DNA from: Cycas panzhihuaensis
Taxonomy: Eukaryota > Plantae > Cycadophyta
Length of the DNA: 64,000 nt
Assembly: GCA_023213395.1 (NCBI GenBank)
Contig: CM041465.1
Span: forward strand, 50,289,741-50,353,740
Direction of reading: 5' to 3'
Shown here: positions 49,301-63,341 of the stretch, one piece after another
How the letters are laid out: every line of letters starts with the position of its first letter
How positions within the stretch are numbered: position 1 is the stretch's first letter
Position numbers and translations under genes: made by a program
The notes under the pieces: generated by a model
Database searches by the model: none
What the model was told of the DNA's origin: nothing
The model's input: the letters and a program-made list of their open reading frames with translations, nothing else

Positions 49301-50754
49301 GCGTTTGGTGTGAGCATGGAACATTGGATTCTTGGCAATTTTCAATGTACTTTGATTATCACAATATAAGATACTCACCTCATCCTGATGAAGTTCCAAA
49401 TCACCAAGGACCCATCTCAACCAATTGGCCTGACTGAAAAGAGTTAATGTCACAAGGTCGTTACATTAGTTGATTATTTCGAAAAAGGGTTTTAAGTGAA
49501 TTTTAAATTAGATCACTTAAGTGAAATGCACTTTCATGTGCATTATGTGTAATTTCATTTCACCTAACTCTAATGCTCCCTCTCTCAATATAAAAGTAAA
49601 AGCTCAATGGAGGAGATTCATTCTTACCTCCCCATTTTGTGAGAGCTACTTTCTTTCTCTCAAGTCTCTCTTGCTCCTATGTTTGCCTTTGTGTTTAGTG
49701 CATGGAGATGAAGGATAGATCCACTCTTTTTATGTGGTATAAGAGCTTGCTTCCTTCATATTCCTCACTTGCACTTGCAATGGAGCTATCACTTCCTTCT
49801 CCCCCATAATCTATGTGGTGAAGGGGATTGTGAAAGTGAATTTAGAAATATTTTCAAGTTATTATGATAGCATATTTTGTATTGTTTGCTTTTCCTTTCT
49901 CTTTTGCAGGTTTGGAAGCATAATACAAGGAGTTGTAAGGCCCAAGGATTCCAATCCTTTGGTGGCCATTCATGCTATCTCATTCTTCTTTTTCTTTTTC
50001 CTTTTTTGTCCAGTTAACAAGGGAAAATGCTGTCGAAATTTTTCTAGTATTTAAAAGAATGATTGTAAGGGGAGGTTTTACCCATTTTATTTTTAAAGAA
50101 TTTTAAGCCATTTAAAATATCTATCATTGTATGCTCTTATCTTGCCCATATTGAGATCCTGGTGATCAAAAAATGATGGAAATTTCATATGGTATCATGT
50201 GTTAATGAGATATTAGCAAGCTAAAATTTTTGCAGAAATACAATTTGATTGCTGAACTTCACAGGTCTACAAAATCTTTTACAGAGATCCAATTGACGTG
50301 ATTCTAATTGTCAAAGCTGAGGCTTTGAGTCTACTTTCCAGCACAAAAACCAGCACCTAATTTGGATGTTGTATGAGGAAGTTATTGCTTGTTTTAGTGA
50401 ACAATAATTATTTTTAGTAAGAATTCTGGAAAAATATAATTTCTTAACTTTGCGGGGTTGCCAAAAACTTTCCAGAACTCATTTGGACCCGATTCCACTT
50501 TCTGAAGATGAAGCTCTGAGTCTAGTTTGCAGCACAAAAATTGGCACTCCATTTCGACATCGTGAGAGAAAGTTATTGCAAATTTAGTGAAGACTACTTT
50601 CTTTTGCATTAACAAGAAAAAAGTGAAGAAAATTTCTTCATTCTTTTTATAAGGCTTAAAAGCCCATTGTAAAAGTGAGAAAAAAAAACACCTAGATCGG
50701 AGCAATATCTGGTGTCCTCACTCACTTATTAGCATTGCATTTCAACACTTTAAA

Positions 50755-50860
50755 ATCACTCAAAGCAAGCACTCTAAAGACACTTCAAGCAAGCACTCCA
50801 AAAGCACTCCAAGTAAGCACTCCAAGTAAGCACTCCAAAAGCACTCCAAGCAAGCATTCT
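50755..50860 (+). repeat. Short tandem repeat AAGCACTCCAA(GC/GT) in the Copia-3 leader
   Basis: About 8 imperfect 11-13 bp units. Confidence 0.85.
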
Positions 50861-51517
50861 ATTTTTAGTTAAATGTACATTTGATGCAATTTGATAATCT
50901 TTTCACTCTTCCTAAAATGAACGCATCACGTACGCTATTTTTTGCCATCTTGTACTTGTTCACACACTTGCCAAGGTTGAGATACCTTGGTTGGCAGAAT
51001 GCCCTGCCATAAAGGAGGTGTGGGTTTCAAGCTGGGACTGGACTAAACCGGAATATTGGTGAGGTTTGGTTAGCCATACCATCGTGCCTCAATCAGGGAT
51101 CATCCTAATAACCAATCGGGAAAACTGAAACTTTAATACAAGATTAAAATATACCCGATCCAATATCCGTCATAGCCATGGGTATGCACGTACCACTCTT
51201 TACAGGAGGTATATAGCTATTCATTGGTGAACTGGGTGAGGATTGGGAGTACAGGCTCGTTGTGACTTGGATTTCATCACCAAAACGATTCTTGGTGTAT
51301 CGCGGTGAAGGCCAACTTAATTCTACTAGAAGCCTAGTATCCTTCAACAACCTCAACTACATGTTGGACACAAGTTAGAGGTTATTGGGTTGATTACGCA
51401 TCCTACATTTGAGTTTCAAGTTGTGTAGACCCAATGATGTCAGCTTCTACATTGGCCTACAATCTTGTATATTGATCACTTACTTATTTGTAAAAAGTGA
51501 TCCATAGTGTAATTACA

Positions 51518-51645
51518 ATCATAGTGCTTCTCATATTCCCTCTGCGTCAGTTAATATTTGCCACAAGTGTTAGTGGCCAATTTTTATCATAGTGCTTCTC
51601 ATATTCTTGCTGCGTCAGGTTAATATTTGTCACAAGTGTTGGTGA
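51518..51645 (+). repeat. ~68-bp direct repeat upstream of Copia-3 gag
   Basis: Two copies of ATCATAGTGCTTCTCATATTC..CTGCGTCAG.TTAATATTTG.CACAAGTGTT. Confidence 0.85.
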
Positions 51646-51776
51646 CTTTTCTCTAAGTTGCTCCCTTCATCTTTGAGCAACCATTCTCACTTCTTCTTCC
51701 TTCTGCTATACTACTTCATTACATTTCTCATTTTTAAATAGTCCCTTGTTCATTTCTTCCCTTCTAAAAAGACACC

Positions 51777-54700
51777 ATGTTTTCACAGTTCAAGCAAAAT
51801 GTGAACTGCATTTTAAAAAGGAAAGAAAATTGGGACATGTGGTTCACTGGTGTTAGAAATGTTGCAAAGTATGAAGGTCTATGGAGAGATCATTTGCAAC
51901 CTACACCATCTGTTGCAACTACAGCTACCACATCTGCTTTAGGAGGAGGTGTTCCAACTGCTCCCACTGAAGCTGCAGCTAAACGCCAATGGGAACTTGA
52001 TGATGATAAAATTCGTGCAGGGATACTGCTTGTCACTGATTATTCTCTGCATAATCTCCTTGATGAAGCTGTACATGATACAGCATGGAAAGTTCTTGAA
52101 GTTCTTAAGAAGAACTTTGACACTAAATCAGACTTAGAATTTGTTCACTTAGTGTTGAATGAAAATGCAGAAAAGACATGCAAGTGAAACAATCAATCTC
52201 CTTCGTCCAATCAAGCAAGCCATTGATAAAGATTTTAAAACTCAATGCATTACATGGGCTTTCTTGATTCAGTCATGTCTTCATATCCCAGATTATAAAA
52301 ATCTGTTAGGAAGTCTTCAATCTAGTGGCACTTTGAAGACCCTAAACTTTGAGGATCTTGTTGATAAGTTCATTGAATTTGATAAGACCTTTGATACTGA
52401 CTTTGCTACTACATCAGATCCAGTTGATGCTGTTTTTGAAGTGGAAAAAGATCTTTGTTATACCAAAAATCAAGGTCAATACTCTCGTAGAGGTGGTAAT
52501 TCCTGTGGAAGAGGAAGAGGTAGACAACAAGGACAACGTCCTCTTAGTCAACAGGCTCCTCAACTCCAACAAAAACAATCTCAAGGCCAAGGCCAAAATA
52601 ATCAACCTGGACCTAGATCCAGTAATCAGAGACTATCCAACGAGCCCAATACTTGGACTGGAAATCAAACAATCGTGTGCCAAAGGTGTAATAGAAAAGG
52701 ACATTATGCCAAAAATGCGTAATCGCCACCAACAAACTACCAAGTTATCAACAGCGCCATGGTGCACATAATGTTGATAATACTTCTTTTGAAGATGCTT
52801 TTGGTGGAACGCAATTTGCTCATGCATACCTTCAAAGAATTGGGACCACTTCATCAAATGTTGTTAATAGATCCACTAAGTATATTGAGGCTCATTGTGG
52901 TTATGCTTATTCATTTTTGCCTTCATCACTTGGAGTTGCAAATAGTGTCACCTCAAATACTTCATCGTGGATCATGGATACTGGAGCAACACAGCACATG
53001 ACTTGTCATCGCTAGTTCTTTCAAGATTTTGACTCTGAATTCGTGGTGTTGTACACATGGCTGATAAATCATCTCAGCCAGTCGAAGGACTTGGAACTAT
53101 TTGCCTGAAACTCCCAGGCCTTCTAGATTTTACACTTGTTGATGTTTTATATATTCTCGCCTGGGCGTAATCGCTCTCCCTGCCCACCCTTGTCTCTCGT
53201 GGATTTGATCTGAGTGTAACTGCAAATAATTAAACTCTCTGTGTCATTCACCCTCCTTCAACTGCTGTGGTTATGACCGAAATTCTTGATGGCAAACGTT
53301 TTTCCCTAACTGGCTCACCATCCTTTGAAGCCAACTATGTTAATGATAACTCTGCTTTTACCACAACCCTGACTCCTCAAAAGTTATCCCAAGCAGCCCT
53401 ATGACATGCTCATATGGGCCATATCAAAATTGATCGTTTAAGAGAACTATAAGCCACTCTTCTTGGTTTGCCTAGGCTCTCCTCTAAGCCCTTTAAATGC
53501 GAAGCATGTATTATTGCCAAATCTCAAAGACAACCCTTTCCTCGTAGTTAGTGGAAATCTAGCCAACCTTTGCAGCTTGTACACTTAGATATATGTGGTC
53601 CTATGCCCATCCCTTCTCTCAAACTGAAGTGGTACTATATTACTTTCATTGATGATTTTACCAATAAAGTATGGGTTGCTTTTCTTGCAAAGAAAGATGA
53701 AGCTTTTTCTCCGTTTCAAGCTTTCAAGGCTCGCGTGGAAAATGAATCTGGATTCAAGATCAAAATCCTCAGGACTGACAATGGTGGCGAGTACACATCT
53801 AATGAGTTTGAATCGTACCTACGTCAACATGGAATCAAACATTAGACCATCTGCGTGTCCTCCTCAAAGAAATGGAGTTGTCGGCGCATGAACAGACCAT
53901 CATGAATATGGCTTGTGCTATCTTTGGTATATAAGAATGTCCCTATCTATCTTTGGCCGAGGCTATCTGGATCTGTGTATTGCATCAACACTGTTAGTCC
54001 CTCCAAGCTTGGCCCCTCTCCACATGAAATGTGGTATGGACAAACCCCCTCTATCTCCCACTTTAGAAATTTTGGCTCTACTTGTTATGCTCATATTCTG
54101 GAGGAACATAGAAATAAGCTCTAAGATAGAGCCATCAAAGGCATCTTTGTTAGATACCCTATGGACAAAAAGGGATACAAGGTTTTTATACCTTCAGAGC
54201 GTAAAATCATCATCACTAGAGATGTTATCTTTGCAGAGATTGAAGATCAATTACTCAGACTTGACTCCAAGATGTCTTCATATCGATTTAATGATGCTAC
54301 TGAATTTGATGTCCAGATTCCAAAATTTAGGGGGGGAGATGTTGAACAATTGCTCAAAATCTTGGAATCTGACAATAGAGCCTCGGAGGATACAAGCTGT
54401 GATTCTCAGCCAATGTGTACACATCTAGCACCATCATTTGTGAACAACCAAGTTGACAAAGGCAAAGCCATAGCAGAAGGATCATCTTCTCCAACATCTG
54501 TGGCTGACCCATCTTCTCCAGCATCGTCAACTTCCTCCATGCCAAACATTTCACATGATCCTTTTCAGGATCAAAACGAAGACCAAGAGGCTGTGGAAAT
54601 GAAAACCTCATTCCCAACTCGAGGTTTTCGTGAAGCCTACCAGCTACACAAGGACATGCGACCAGATGAGGTAGGCAAAACTGGCACTAGAAGTGCCCAT

Positions 54701-56290
54701 AGAGCAAGGATGCATGAATCACTTTCCATTGAGCTTGAACTAGCAGAATTGCACCTTGCTCTTAATGAAGAGCCCTAACGTACCAAGAAGCTGTAAGGCA
54801 TGCAGCTTGGAGAAATGCTATGAATGAAGAGTACCAATCTCTTATCAAGAATGGTACAGGGGAGCTTGTTGATCTACCACTTGGAAGAAAGGTAGTTCAA
54901 AATAAATGGGTGTTCAAAAACAAGTACAGATCAGATGGCACCCTAGACAAACACAAGGCGAGGTTGGTAGCAAAAGAATTCACGCAAGGGAAGGCATCGA
55001 CTACACTGAAATCTTTGCTCTTACAACCAAGTGGCCTACAATCAGAACTCTTATAGCCTTGGCTGATCAACAGGGTTAGAAAATCCACCAACTCAATGTT
55101 AAGACCACATTTCTCAATGGGGACCTTAAAGAAGAAATTTACATGGCTCAGCCAGAAGGATACGAGACTGTTGGTCAGGAGCATAAGGTTTGCAGGCTCA
55201 AAAAGTCCTTATACAGCCTAAAGCAAGCCCCTCGTGCTTGGTTTACCAAGTTGTCTGAAAGAATGAGGCAACTTGGATATGAGGTTTGTGATTATCAAGA
55301 TATTGATGCAACATTATTCATCAAGCGCCAAAATGATAAAGACACTTACCTCTTAATCTTTGTGGATGACATGCTAATAACGGGAAATAGTAAACAGGTA
55401 ATCAGCCAGCTGAAGAAGGACCTTGCTAAAACTTTTGAATTGTCTGACCTCGGGTTGATGAAATATTACTTGGGAATTGAAGTGACTCAAAAGAATGGCA
55501 AAATCTTTCTCTCCCAAGAAAAATATATCAATGATCTTCTGACAAAGTTTCAGTTAGAAGGTGCTCGACCAGTGGATACACCTATGGATCCTAATATTAA
55601 ACTCTCAGCTGATGGTGATATTAGGGAGGCAGACGCAACACTCTACAAGCAACTTGTAGGTAGTCTCATCTATACTACCAACACAAGGCTAGATATTGCA
55701 CACTCTGTTGGCATTCTTGCAAGATTCATGACAAATCCTAAGCAGAATCATTGGCAAGCTGCAATATGAGTGTTGAGGTACCTAAAGACGACTAGCAAAT
55801 ATGGTCTGTTCTATGAACCCAATGCAGAATTTAAACTTTATGCATACATGCACTCGACTTTGCTAGAGATAAAGACACGTGAAGATCTACGTGCAGTGCG
55901 TAACATTTCTTGGAACAAGACCAATATCATGGAGATCCGCATTGAATATAGTTGCACTCAACCGTCAACGCTGAGTACATTGCTGCTTCTGAGACAAGCA
56001 AGGAGGTGATATGGCTTAGAAAATTGTTGAATACATTAAATGCCACTCAAACAAGTTCTACTAGCTTACATGTAGATAATCAATCTACAATCCAGATGGC
56101 TAAAAATCCTGTATTTCATGATTATACCAAACATATAAGTACGAAAGTCCACAAGATTAGAGAACTAGTTCATGATGGCACAATTCAATCGAGTATCGCC
56201 TCACGCCAGATCAAGTGGCCGATATCTTCACCAAACCACTGAAGAGGGTGAAGTTTGAACAGTTCTGAAAGCAACTCGTCCTTAGGGCCT
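51777..56290 (+). pseudogene. Copia-3 gag-pol with many frameshifts
   Basis: CQRCNRKGHYAKN knuckle, WIMDTGATQHM protease, RTDNGGEY integrase, LKQAPRAW and FVDD RT, KNPVFHDYTKHI RNase H. Confidence 0.94.
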
Positions 56291-56340
56291 CCATCTCCAA
56301 CTGATTGAAGGCGATGACAATAGGACCATCATACTCTGTC

Positions 56341-56432
56341 TCATTCGTGAAAACCCCTTGTGGGCGCGGAAGGACAAGAGCAAGTCTCTGCTCTATCCCA
56401 TTCGTGAAAACCCCTTGTGGGCGCGAAAGGAT
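56341..56432 (+). repeat. Direct repeat in the Copia-3 3' UTR
   Basis: Two copies of CATTCGTGAAAACCCCTTGTGGGCGCG.AAGGA, ~57 bp apart. Confidence 0.9.
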
Positions 56433-59400
56433 AAGGGTTGTATCATTTTGGAAAATCGGAACCTATGAAAACCCGAAAGGGCATGGGGGATGACCAAATG
56501 GTATATGGAGACTCAATAGATTTTAGCTACAAAATTCATTGTATTGATTGGCTATCTGGCTTCATTTAAATAGCCGCCTGAGCCAGGTTAGTAGATTAGA
56601 AAATTTGTGGGTTTTCTTCTCCGTGAGGGTTTTCCACAAAAGTGTCATAGTAGTTTGCTTTGTAAGAGGCTCAAATGAAGACCTCATAGGATTGAATAAA
56701 ATAGGATGAAATGACCTTCTACCATTAAGGGGAGATTGAAAAGAGTTAATGTCACAAAGTCATTACATTAGTTGATTATTTCGAAAAAGGGTCTTAGGTG
56801 AACTTTCAATTAGATCACTTAATTGAAATGCACTTTCATGTGCATTATGTGTAATTTCATTTCACCTAACTCTAATGCTCCCTCTCTCAATATAAAAGTA
56901 AAAGCTCAATGGAGGGGATTTATTCTTACCTCCCCATTTTATGAGAGCTACTTTCTTTCTCTCAAGTCTCTCTTGCTCCTATGTTTGCCTTTGTGTTTAG
57001 TGCATGGAGATGAATGATAGATCCACTCTTTTCACTGACAAGTTGTTGCAATTGTAGCTTTGTACTCTGCATCAGTAGATGACGATGCAACATTTGGTTG
57101 CTTCCTTTTGCTCCAAGTGACAACAAGAAAATCCAAATTGAGGTAATACCCTAGAGTGGATCTTTTGTTATCAACACATCCAACATAATCGAAATTTGAA
57201 TACCTTTCTAGCTTAAAGTTGTTTTTTTGGCTGAACTCCAATCAATAGTGCAATGTTCCTTGCACTAAGGATTCTCTTTGCAACTTTCTAATTGTGTTGC
57301 TTTAGCTCTATGATGAACCTCTATACCATGCCAACTGGAAAGGATATACTAGGCCTAGTTGTAGTCAAATAAATCAAGCTACCAACTAGATGCTTGTACA
57401 TAGTGCCATCTATCTAGTCCCCATCGTTCAAAGTTGTTAATTTTGAATCTTTCTCCATGGGGGTTGGGGGAGGTTTACAATTCTTTATTATGAATTTTTT
57501 CATAAATTTTCATGCATATTTACCTTATGAAATTATGATTTTTTCAGGTTTATGTCAAATTTCCACTTCCAAAAAGTAGTGGAGTAGTCCAAGATCTGTC
57601 ATCTCAAATGTTCTCTTGAGACCATCTTTTAGGTCTTCAACTTTTGAGGCGTTATTACCTGTGATTATAAGATCATCCACATACAAAATTACAAAGATGA
57701 TTAACTGTTCACCTTTGGCTTTGATATATAGGTTTGGATTAGTTGGTGACCTTTGAACGCTGTTATTTAAGAAAATACTAATCGATCTTGGAATACTAGG
57801 CTCTTGGAGTCTATTTTAAGCCATACAAAGCTTTCTTCAAGTGACACACAAGGTGTTCTTAACCTTTTGCTACATATCTAGTGTGGCTACTCCATAATAA
57901 GCCTCCTCCTCAAGATCTCCATTGAGGAAGGCACTCTTGACATCAAGTTGGTTTAACTATCATTTGAACTAAACAACTATTTCTAGTATCAGTCTAATTA
58001 TTACCATCTTGGTTATTGGAGCAAATGTCTCTTGGTAGGCAATACCTTCTATCTTCTCAAAACCTTTCGCTACAGGTCTAGGTTCGTATTTATCAACTGA
58101 GCCATCAAATTTGAATTTGGTTTTGTAGACCCACTTATATCCAATCACCTATTTGTTTGTTGGCAACTCAACTAAGTCCCAAGTTTTATTTTGCTTCACA
58201 ACAAGGATTTCAACATTCATTGCTATTTTCCATTTCAAATCCAAGTAGACCTTCTCAAAACTCGAAAGCTCACCAACATTTAGCACATTTTCCATCAAAG
58301 TAAAATTGACCGTGTTACGTCTCATCCTTGAGTTGTGTTTTCATTCAATCTTAGGTAACTCAGTTTTTTTTGTGGTTTTTAAATTCCACTTTAGGAGTTT
58401 CTTGGCAAGTGGAGTGACCTCAAGTAGCACTTGAGGCTGTCTTGAGTGTTTTGATATTACTTCTTCTCACCTTCCATTTGAACTTTTGGTTTTGCTCTGT
58501 CTTAGGTTCAACAAACAGTTGCCTCAAAGAACTAGATTTTGGTTGTTCCTCGATCTGTTTTTCTTTGTCTTGCCATATCTTCAAAGTGTCTAGTCCAACA
58601 TCTTACTTGTCAACTTCTCTAGAGATGACATCTTGAGTTGTGTGTACCTTTTTGGTTTCTAACTCGAATACTCGGTACACTTTGCTTTCTTTGTTGTACC
58701 TGATGAGGATACCCTTAGAACTTTTATCATCAATTTTTTAATGTTTTTTTTTGGGATGTGCATATACATAGTGGTTTCAAAGATTCTGAGATGGCTTGCT
58801 ATAGTCTTTCTCCTTGACTAAGCTTCTTCTAGTGTCATATTCTAGATAGCCTTCGTTGAACCCCTGTTGATCAAATATGTTACCATACCAATAGATTCAA
58901 CCCAAAGGGCTCTAAAAGATTCTTCACTTTCATAATCAACTTGCCCTTTTCAACCAAAGTCCTATTCATTCTCTTAGCAACTCCATTCTACTGAGGTGTG
59001 TGTGTTGTTGTTCATTGCTTTTTAATTCCATGGTCCTTACAAAACTAAACAAACCCCTAATATGATCTGAGGATTTTCAACCTCTGATTATTTTCGTTTC
59101 CTACTTTCACTTTGAACTCCTTAAATATATCAAAGGTTTGGGATTCTTCTTTTATGGGATAGACCCAAACTTTTCTTAAAAAATCATTGATGAAGGTCAA
59201 GGAATATCTTGCACCTCCAAGTGAAGTGGTAAGCATCAGACCATAGATATCTAAGTGGACAAGGTTTAGCTTTTTGGTTGCCCTCCAAGCTTTACCTTTA
59301 TGGAACTTCTCCCTATGTTGCTTTCCCATGACATAAGGTTCACAAATCTTATTCACTAGTTTATGTTTTGGAAGACCATGTACCATATTCAATCTTTGCA

Positions 59401-60399
59401 TCATATGAAGATAGGAGTAGTGTAAATGACCCATTCTTTCATGCCATAAGTGAATTTGACATGATACATCAACAGTAAATGCTTTTGGTTTATAGATTTT
59501 CCTAAGAGCCTATAAAGACCACCATGTTTGACAACTTCTACAATAGTTTTGCATCATGATTGCTGATAGTAGTCTTCCCATCGTTGAAGAGAATGCTCAC
59601 TCCATTATCTTTAATGTGGTTAACGAAGAAGTTCTTCTTCAATTTTGGCACGTACATTACATCGCCAGTGTAATGGTCTTCCCCCTTAGGTGTGAATGAG
59701 ATACACTTTATTGTCTCCTAAGGTGACTATCTGCCAAGTTGCTTCCCACATGTGCCTGAACCATTCAATCCTGCCTATCATGTGCCCCAAAGCCCCAAAA
59801 TCGATATAGCAGACATCATATGTTTTCATACTTGTCTATGAAATTGCCACAAAGTGTTTTCATGTTTGTGAGTTGAGCTAGTTGATTGTCTAGAAATGTG
59901 CCCTGCTTGCAATTTCTTCCCTTGATTTTGCTGATCATCCTTCTTCTGTTGATGAACTTGCTATTTTCAATAATCCCCCTTGAAATGGCCTGGTTTGCTA
60001 TAGTAGTAACACGCTTTGGTCGCCCCTTTTGAGTAGAGTGTTGCAGTTGTTGAGTCTCCTCCTCCTTTGGAATCAAAGGGTTTCTTTCCTTTTGACTTCA
60101 TTGAAAACACACCAAAGGATTTCCCAACAATGTTGTCCTTCAATATTTGTTCATGTCGCAAAAGCAATGCCTCTAGCTCATTAAATGTGATATTTCTTGC
60201 TTTTTTTGACAAGAAAAAACTTGTCACAAAATTTTCAATTCTCTTTGACGAGCTACTTAACATTGCAACAATGGTGTCCTTATCATCGACATTCTCCCCA
60301 TCATTCTCCAACTAATTTCTTATTCCTTCCACCATTTGGAGATGTTCAACCATTGAATCTGTCATCCTAAGATTGTACAGTTGATTCTTTAAAATCATG

Positions 60400-63341
60400 T
60401 GTACTCTATCCTTGTCACAAACAAAGCTCGAACAAGAAGGGAACACAGAAGAGAATATCGATCATATTAATAGGACAACATGCTTATATTACCATATAGA
60501 ATCATAAGTAAAATACACCATAGATTGCGGCAAACCTTATTTCATTACCAAAAAGGGGACTGTATTGACCTGAGAAGGGCTGAGTGCAGGCCCAAAGTAC
60601 AATAATGGAAGAACCCTCAACTCAGTACAATGTGAGATATAATGGAAGAAAGGAGGGAAGATCCAATACACTCTCACACACGTATATGTATACCCCCTTC
60701 CTTCTATAGTCTTTCCTCCTAACCATTTTCCAATTAACTTTTAGCTAACTTTTAATTAACTCAATAACAATAATTTATTAACAATAACACTAATTACATT
60801 GGTCATCATAATTATGATCTGGAGTCGTGGTTGTACTCAGATTACAATCTGGTTGCATAACCTTTACGATCTAGTCAGAATCTGGTTGCGACCTGGTCGC
60901 AATTCCTACGATCTGGTCACAATCTTCATGATTTGGTCGCAGTCTGGTTACGATCTAGTTGTAGTCTTCACGATCTGATTGTAATGTATTTGTGATTTGG
61001 TCGCAGTCCTCATATAGATGGTTGCACTTCGTTGTGCTTATCATACTTCTGATCATGCCTGATCGTATTTGATCATAATTTGATTGCAACCAAAATTGCA
61101 TAATTCTTTCATCTTGCACTCATCTCACCCGTCACAAAACCAACGAGTGTCCTCACTCGTACAAACTTTCAAATATTTTCTTAATCCTTCATCCCCCCAA
61201 AATTTGAAATCAATAATATATAGGTGACCTCATTCTTTAAAAGGCTTTGCCATATATGTTTGGGTGAAAACAATCATATTAGGACATGGCCATAATCTAT
61301 TGAGACAACCTTTGATGGTATACTTCTCCACTAGGTCATCTATCCTCCCTTGACGTACCTTGTTATTTTTATGTTTTGCGGAGTCACCTCTCTTCGCTTG
61401 TATGTTTTGTAGAGTCATCTCTTTCTACTTCTATATTTTGTGGTGTCGCCTCTTTCCGCTATGTTAATCTACCTACTCAACTACATTATATTTTGCAGAG
61501 TCACCTTTTTCCGCTAAATTATCTATCTACTCAACTATATCATTGGGTTCCTCGTAATACCAAGTATTACACAGCAGAATTGTCATATCATAACTGACAA
61601 CCATCACCAAAAAGACCCAATTACATCTTCATATGAGGGACTAAATAAATTGTGGTCACACTAGATACAATTCAACACTTTCCACAATGATGATGAACTC
61701 TACATGAGGGCACAAACATCAGCCAAAACGCATGGGTAACTGACTGCTACATCTGCCAGTTGCTAGAATGTCCATCAGATACATAATTCATCATCCTATT
61801 AACTTGAAGTCAATATAAGAAGTGATCATCCACTGAAGCTCATGGATAATCGGCTGCTGAGCCTGCTGGTTTCTAGGACGTCCCTCGTATACGTGGTTCA
61901 TCATGGCTGATTGAAACTCAAATTTGGGGTTTATTCTATGCCCATGTATATAGTGTTGCAGAGCAAACTTGTTATTGCTAAAAATTGATACAACATTATT
62001 GATGCTAGTAGTTATTGCTGCACTTAATGCTACCATTAGAATCCTGTTGTGGACAAGAAAAACCATCATAAAATTTGAGATAAAGAAAACTTGCCCATTG
62101 TTGCCTCATATACCTAGATCATGGAATTCTATACCTTTTGACATTTGTAATCACTATGGATTGCACTATGAATCAATATTGGGTCATTGCAATAATTTTG
62201 ATGTGTGTCCGGATCACACCTCAACCTTATTGAACATATAACCCATTCATGACTAGATCGAAGAAATATTAGGTGTTTGGATGACCAAGCCTCGACCTAA
62301 AATAATGTTATTCAACTAGCCATATACAATAAAAATACCAAGTCGTACCCAACAAATGTCTAAAAGAAAAAAAAACTTAAGTATGCCCTGTTGATCAAAT
62401 ACTACATCATAGATAAATCACTTCCCAGACTGTCATCAATCCATTGTCTAGTCTCAATGCCTGGTTCTTTAGGATCAACCTGAAATGGGTATGATAAGGA
62501 ATAAGCTCTTCATGTCTATCCTTTGGCCATCAATTCCTAAGCTTGAAATAGACCGGGAAAAGTGTAAGAAGCAGTGATTGCACTCCAATTCACCACATGA
62601 GGAGAAATGAAATCATTGAGGCATCTAGGAGGCTCGTGTATTCTTGGTGAGTAAACTGAAATTCTCAGAACTCTACCCATCATATCATAAGCTTCTTGGA
62701 AAGTTAAATTACATATAGAGTTCTAAGCATTGTCTGCAATTGTCTTATTTCTTGGACTGCTCTTTGTTTTAGGCTAGCTTATCATTTTTCGGCTCTTCCT
62801 TAACTTGTTCCTCTTTGGCAAGTTCCTCACTGGTATCTTTAATGTCACTAGGTTCTGTTGGGGATTCCTTCTTTGCATCCCCATTCACATATATGTATAA
62901 CCCCCCCTCTCTATTTACATGAATGTTCCTTTTCTAGTCTTTCCTCCTAACCATTTTCCAACTAACTCCCAATTGACTTACAACTAGCTTTTAATTAATT
63001 CATTAATAATAATTTGTTAACAATAACAATAATTACATTAGTCATCATAATTATGATTTGGAGTCCTCCTTGTACTCGGATTGCAATATGATTGTACAAC
63101 CTTTACGATTTGGTCACAATCTAGTCGCAGTTCCTATGATTTGGTCACAGTTCTTATGATGTGGTTGCAATTTGGTCACAGTCTTTCACAATATGATTAC
63201 AATGTAGTTGCGATTTGGTTTGTTGTCCTCACGATTTGGTCACACTCTGTCGTGCTTGGTCGTACATCTGATCACACTTGGTTGTATATGATCTTAATTT
63301 GATTGCAACCAAAACAACATAATTCTTTTATATTGCACACA
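60400..63341 (-). mobile_element. 2.9-kb deleted LTR element inserted in Copia-4 gag (superfamily unclear)
   Basis: TG...CA ends with perfect TSD TCATG (60395-60399 / 63342-63346). Removal restores NYARIMILKNQLYNL. 3' LTR 60400-61122 with PPT-like GGGTGAGA next to it; partial 5' LTR ~62888-63341. Confidence 0.85.
60820..61090. repeat. 11/22-bp tandem repeats (ACGATCTGGTCGCAATC-like) within the LTR; second copy ~63055-63310
   Basis: Repeated GAT(C/T)TGGT(C/T)(G/A)CA units in both LTR copies. Confidence 0.85.

Larger units (their letters stand above)
49435..57034 (+). mobile_element. Full-length Ty1/Copia element (Copia-3), 7.6 kb
   Basis: 298-bp LTRs 49435-49732 and 56737-57034 (~96% identical) with TGAAAAGAGT...ACTCTTTTCA termini. 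TSD CTGAC (49430-49434 / 57035-57039). PBS TGGTATAAGAGC ~49735-49746. PPT 56726-56736. Confidence 0.97.
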
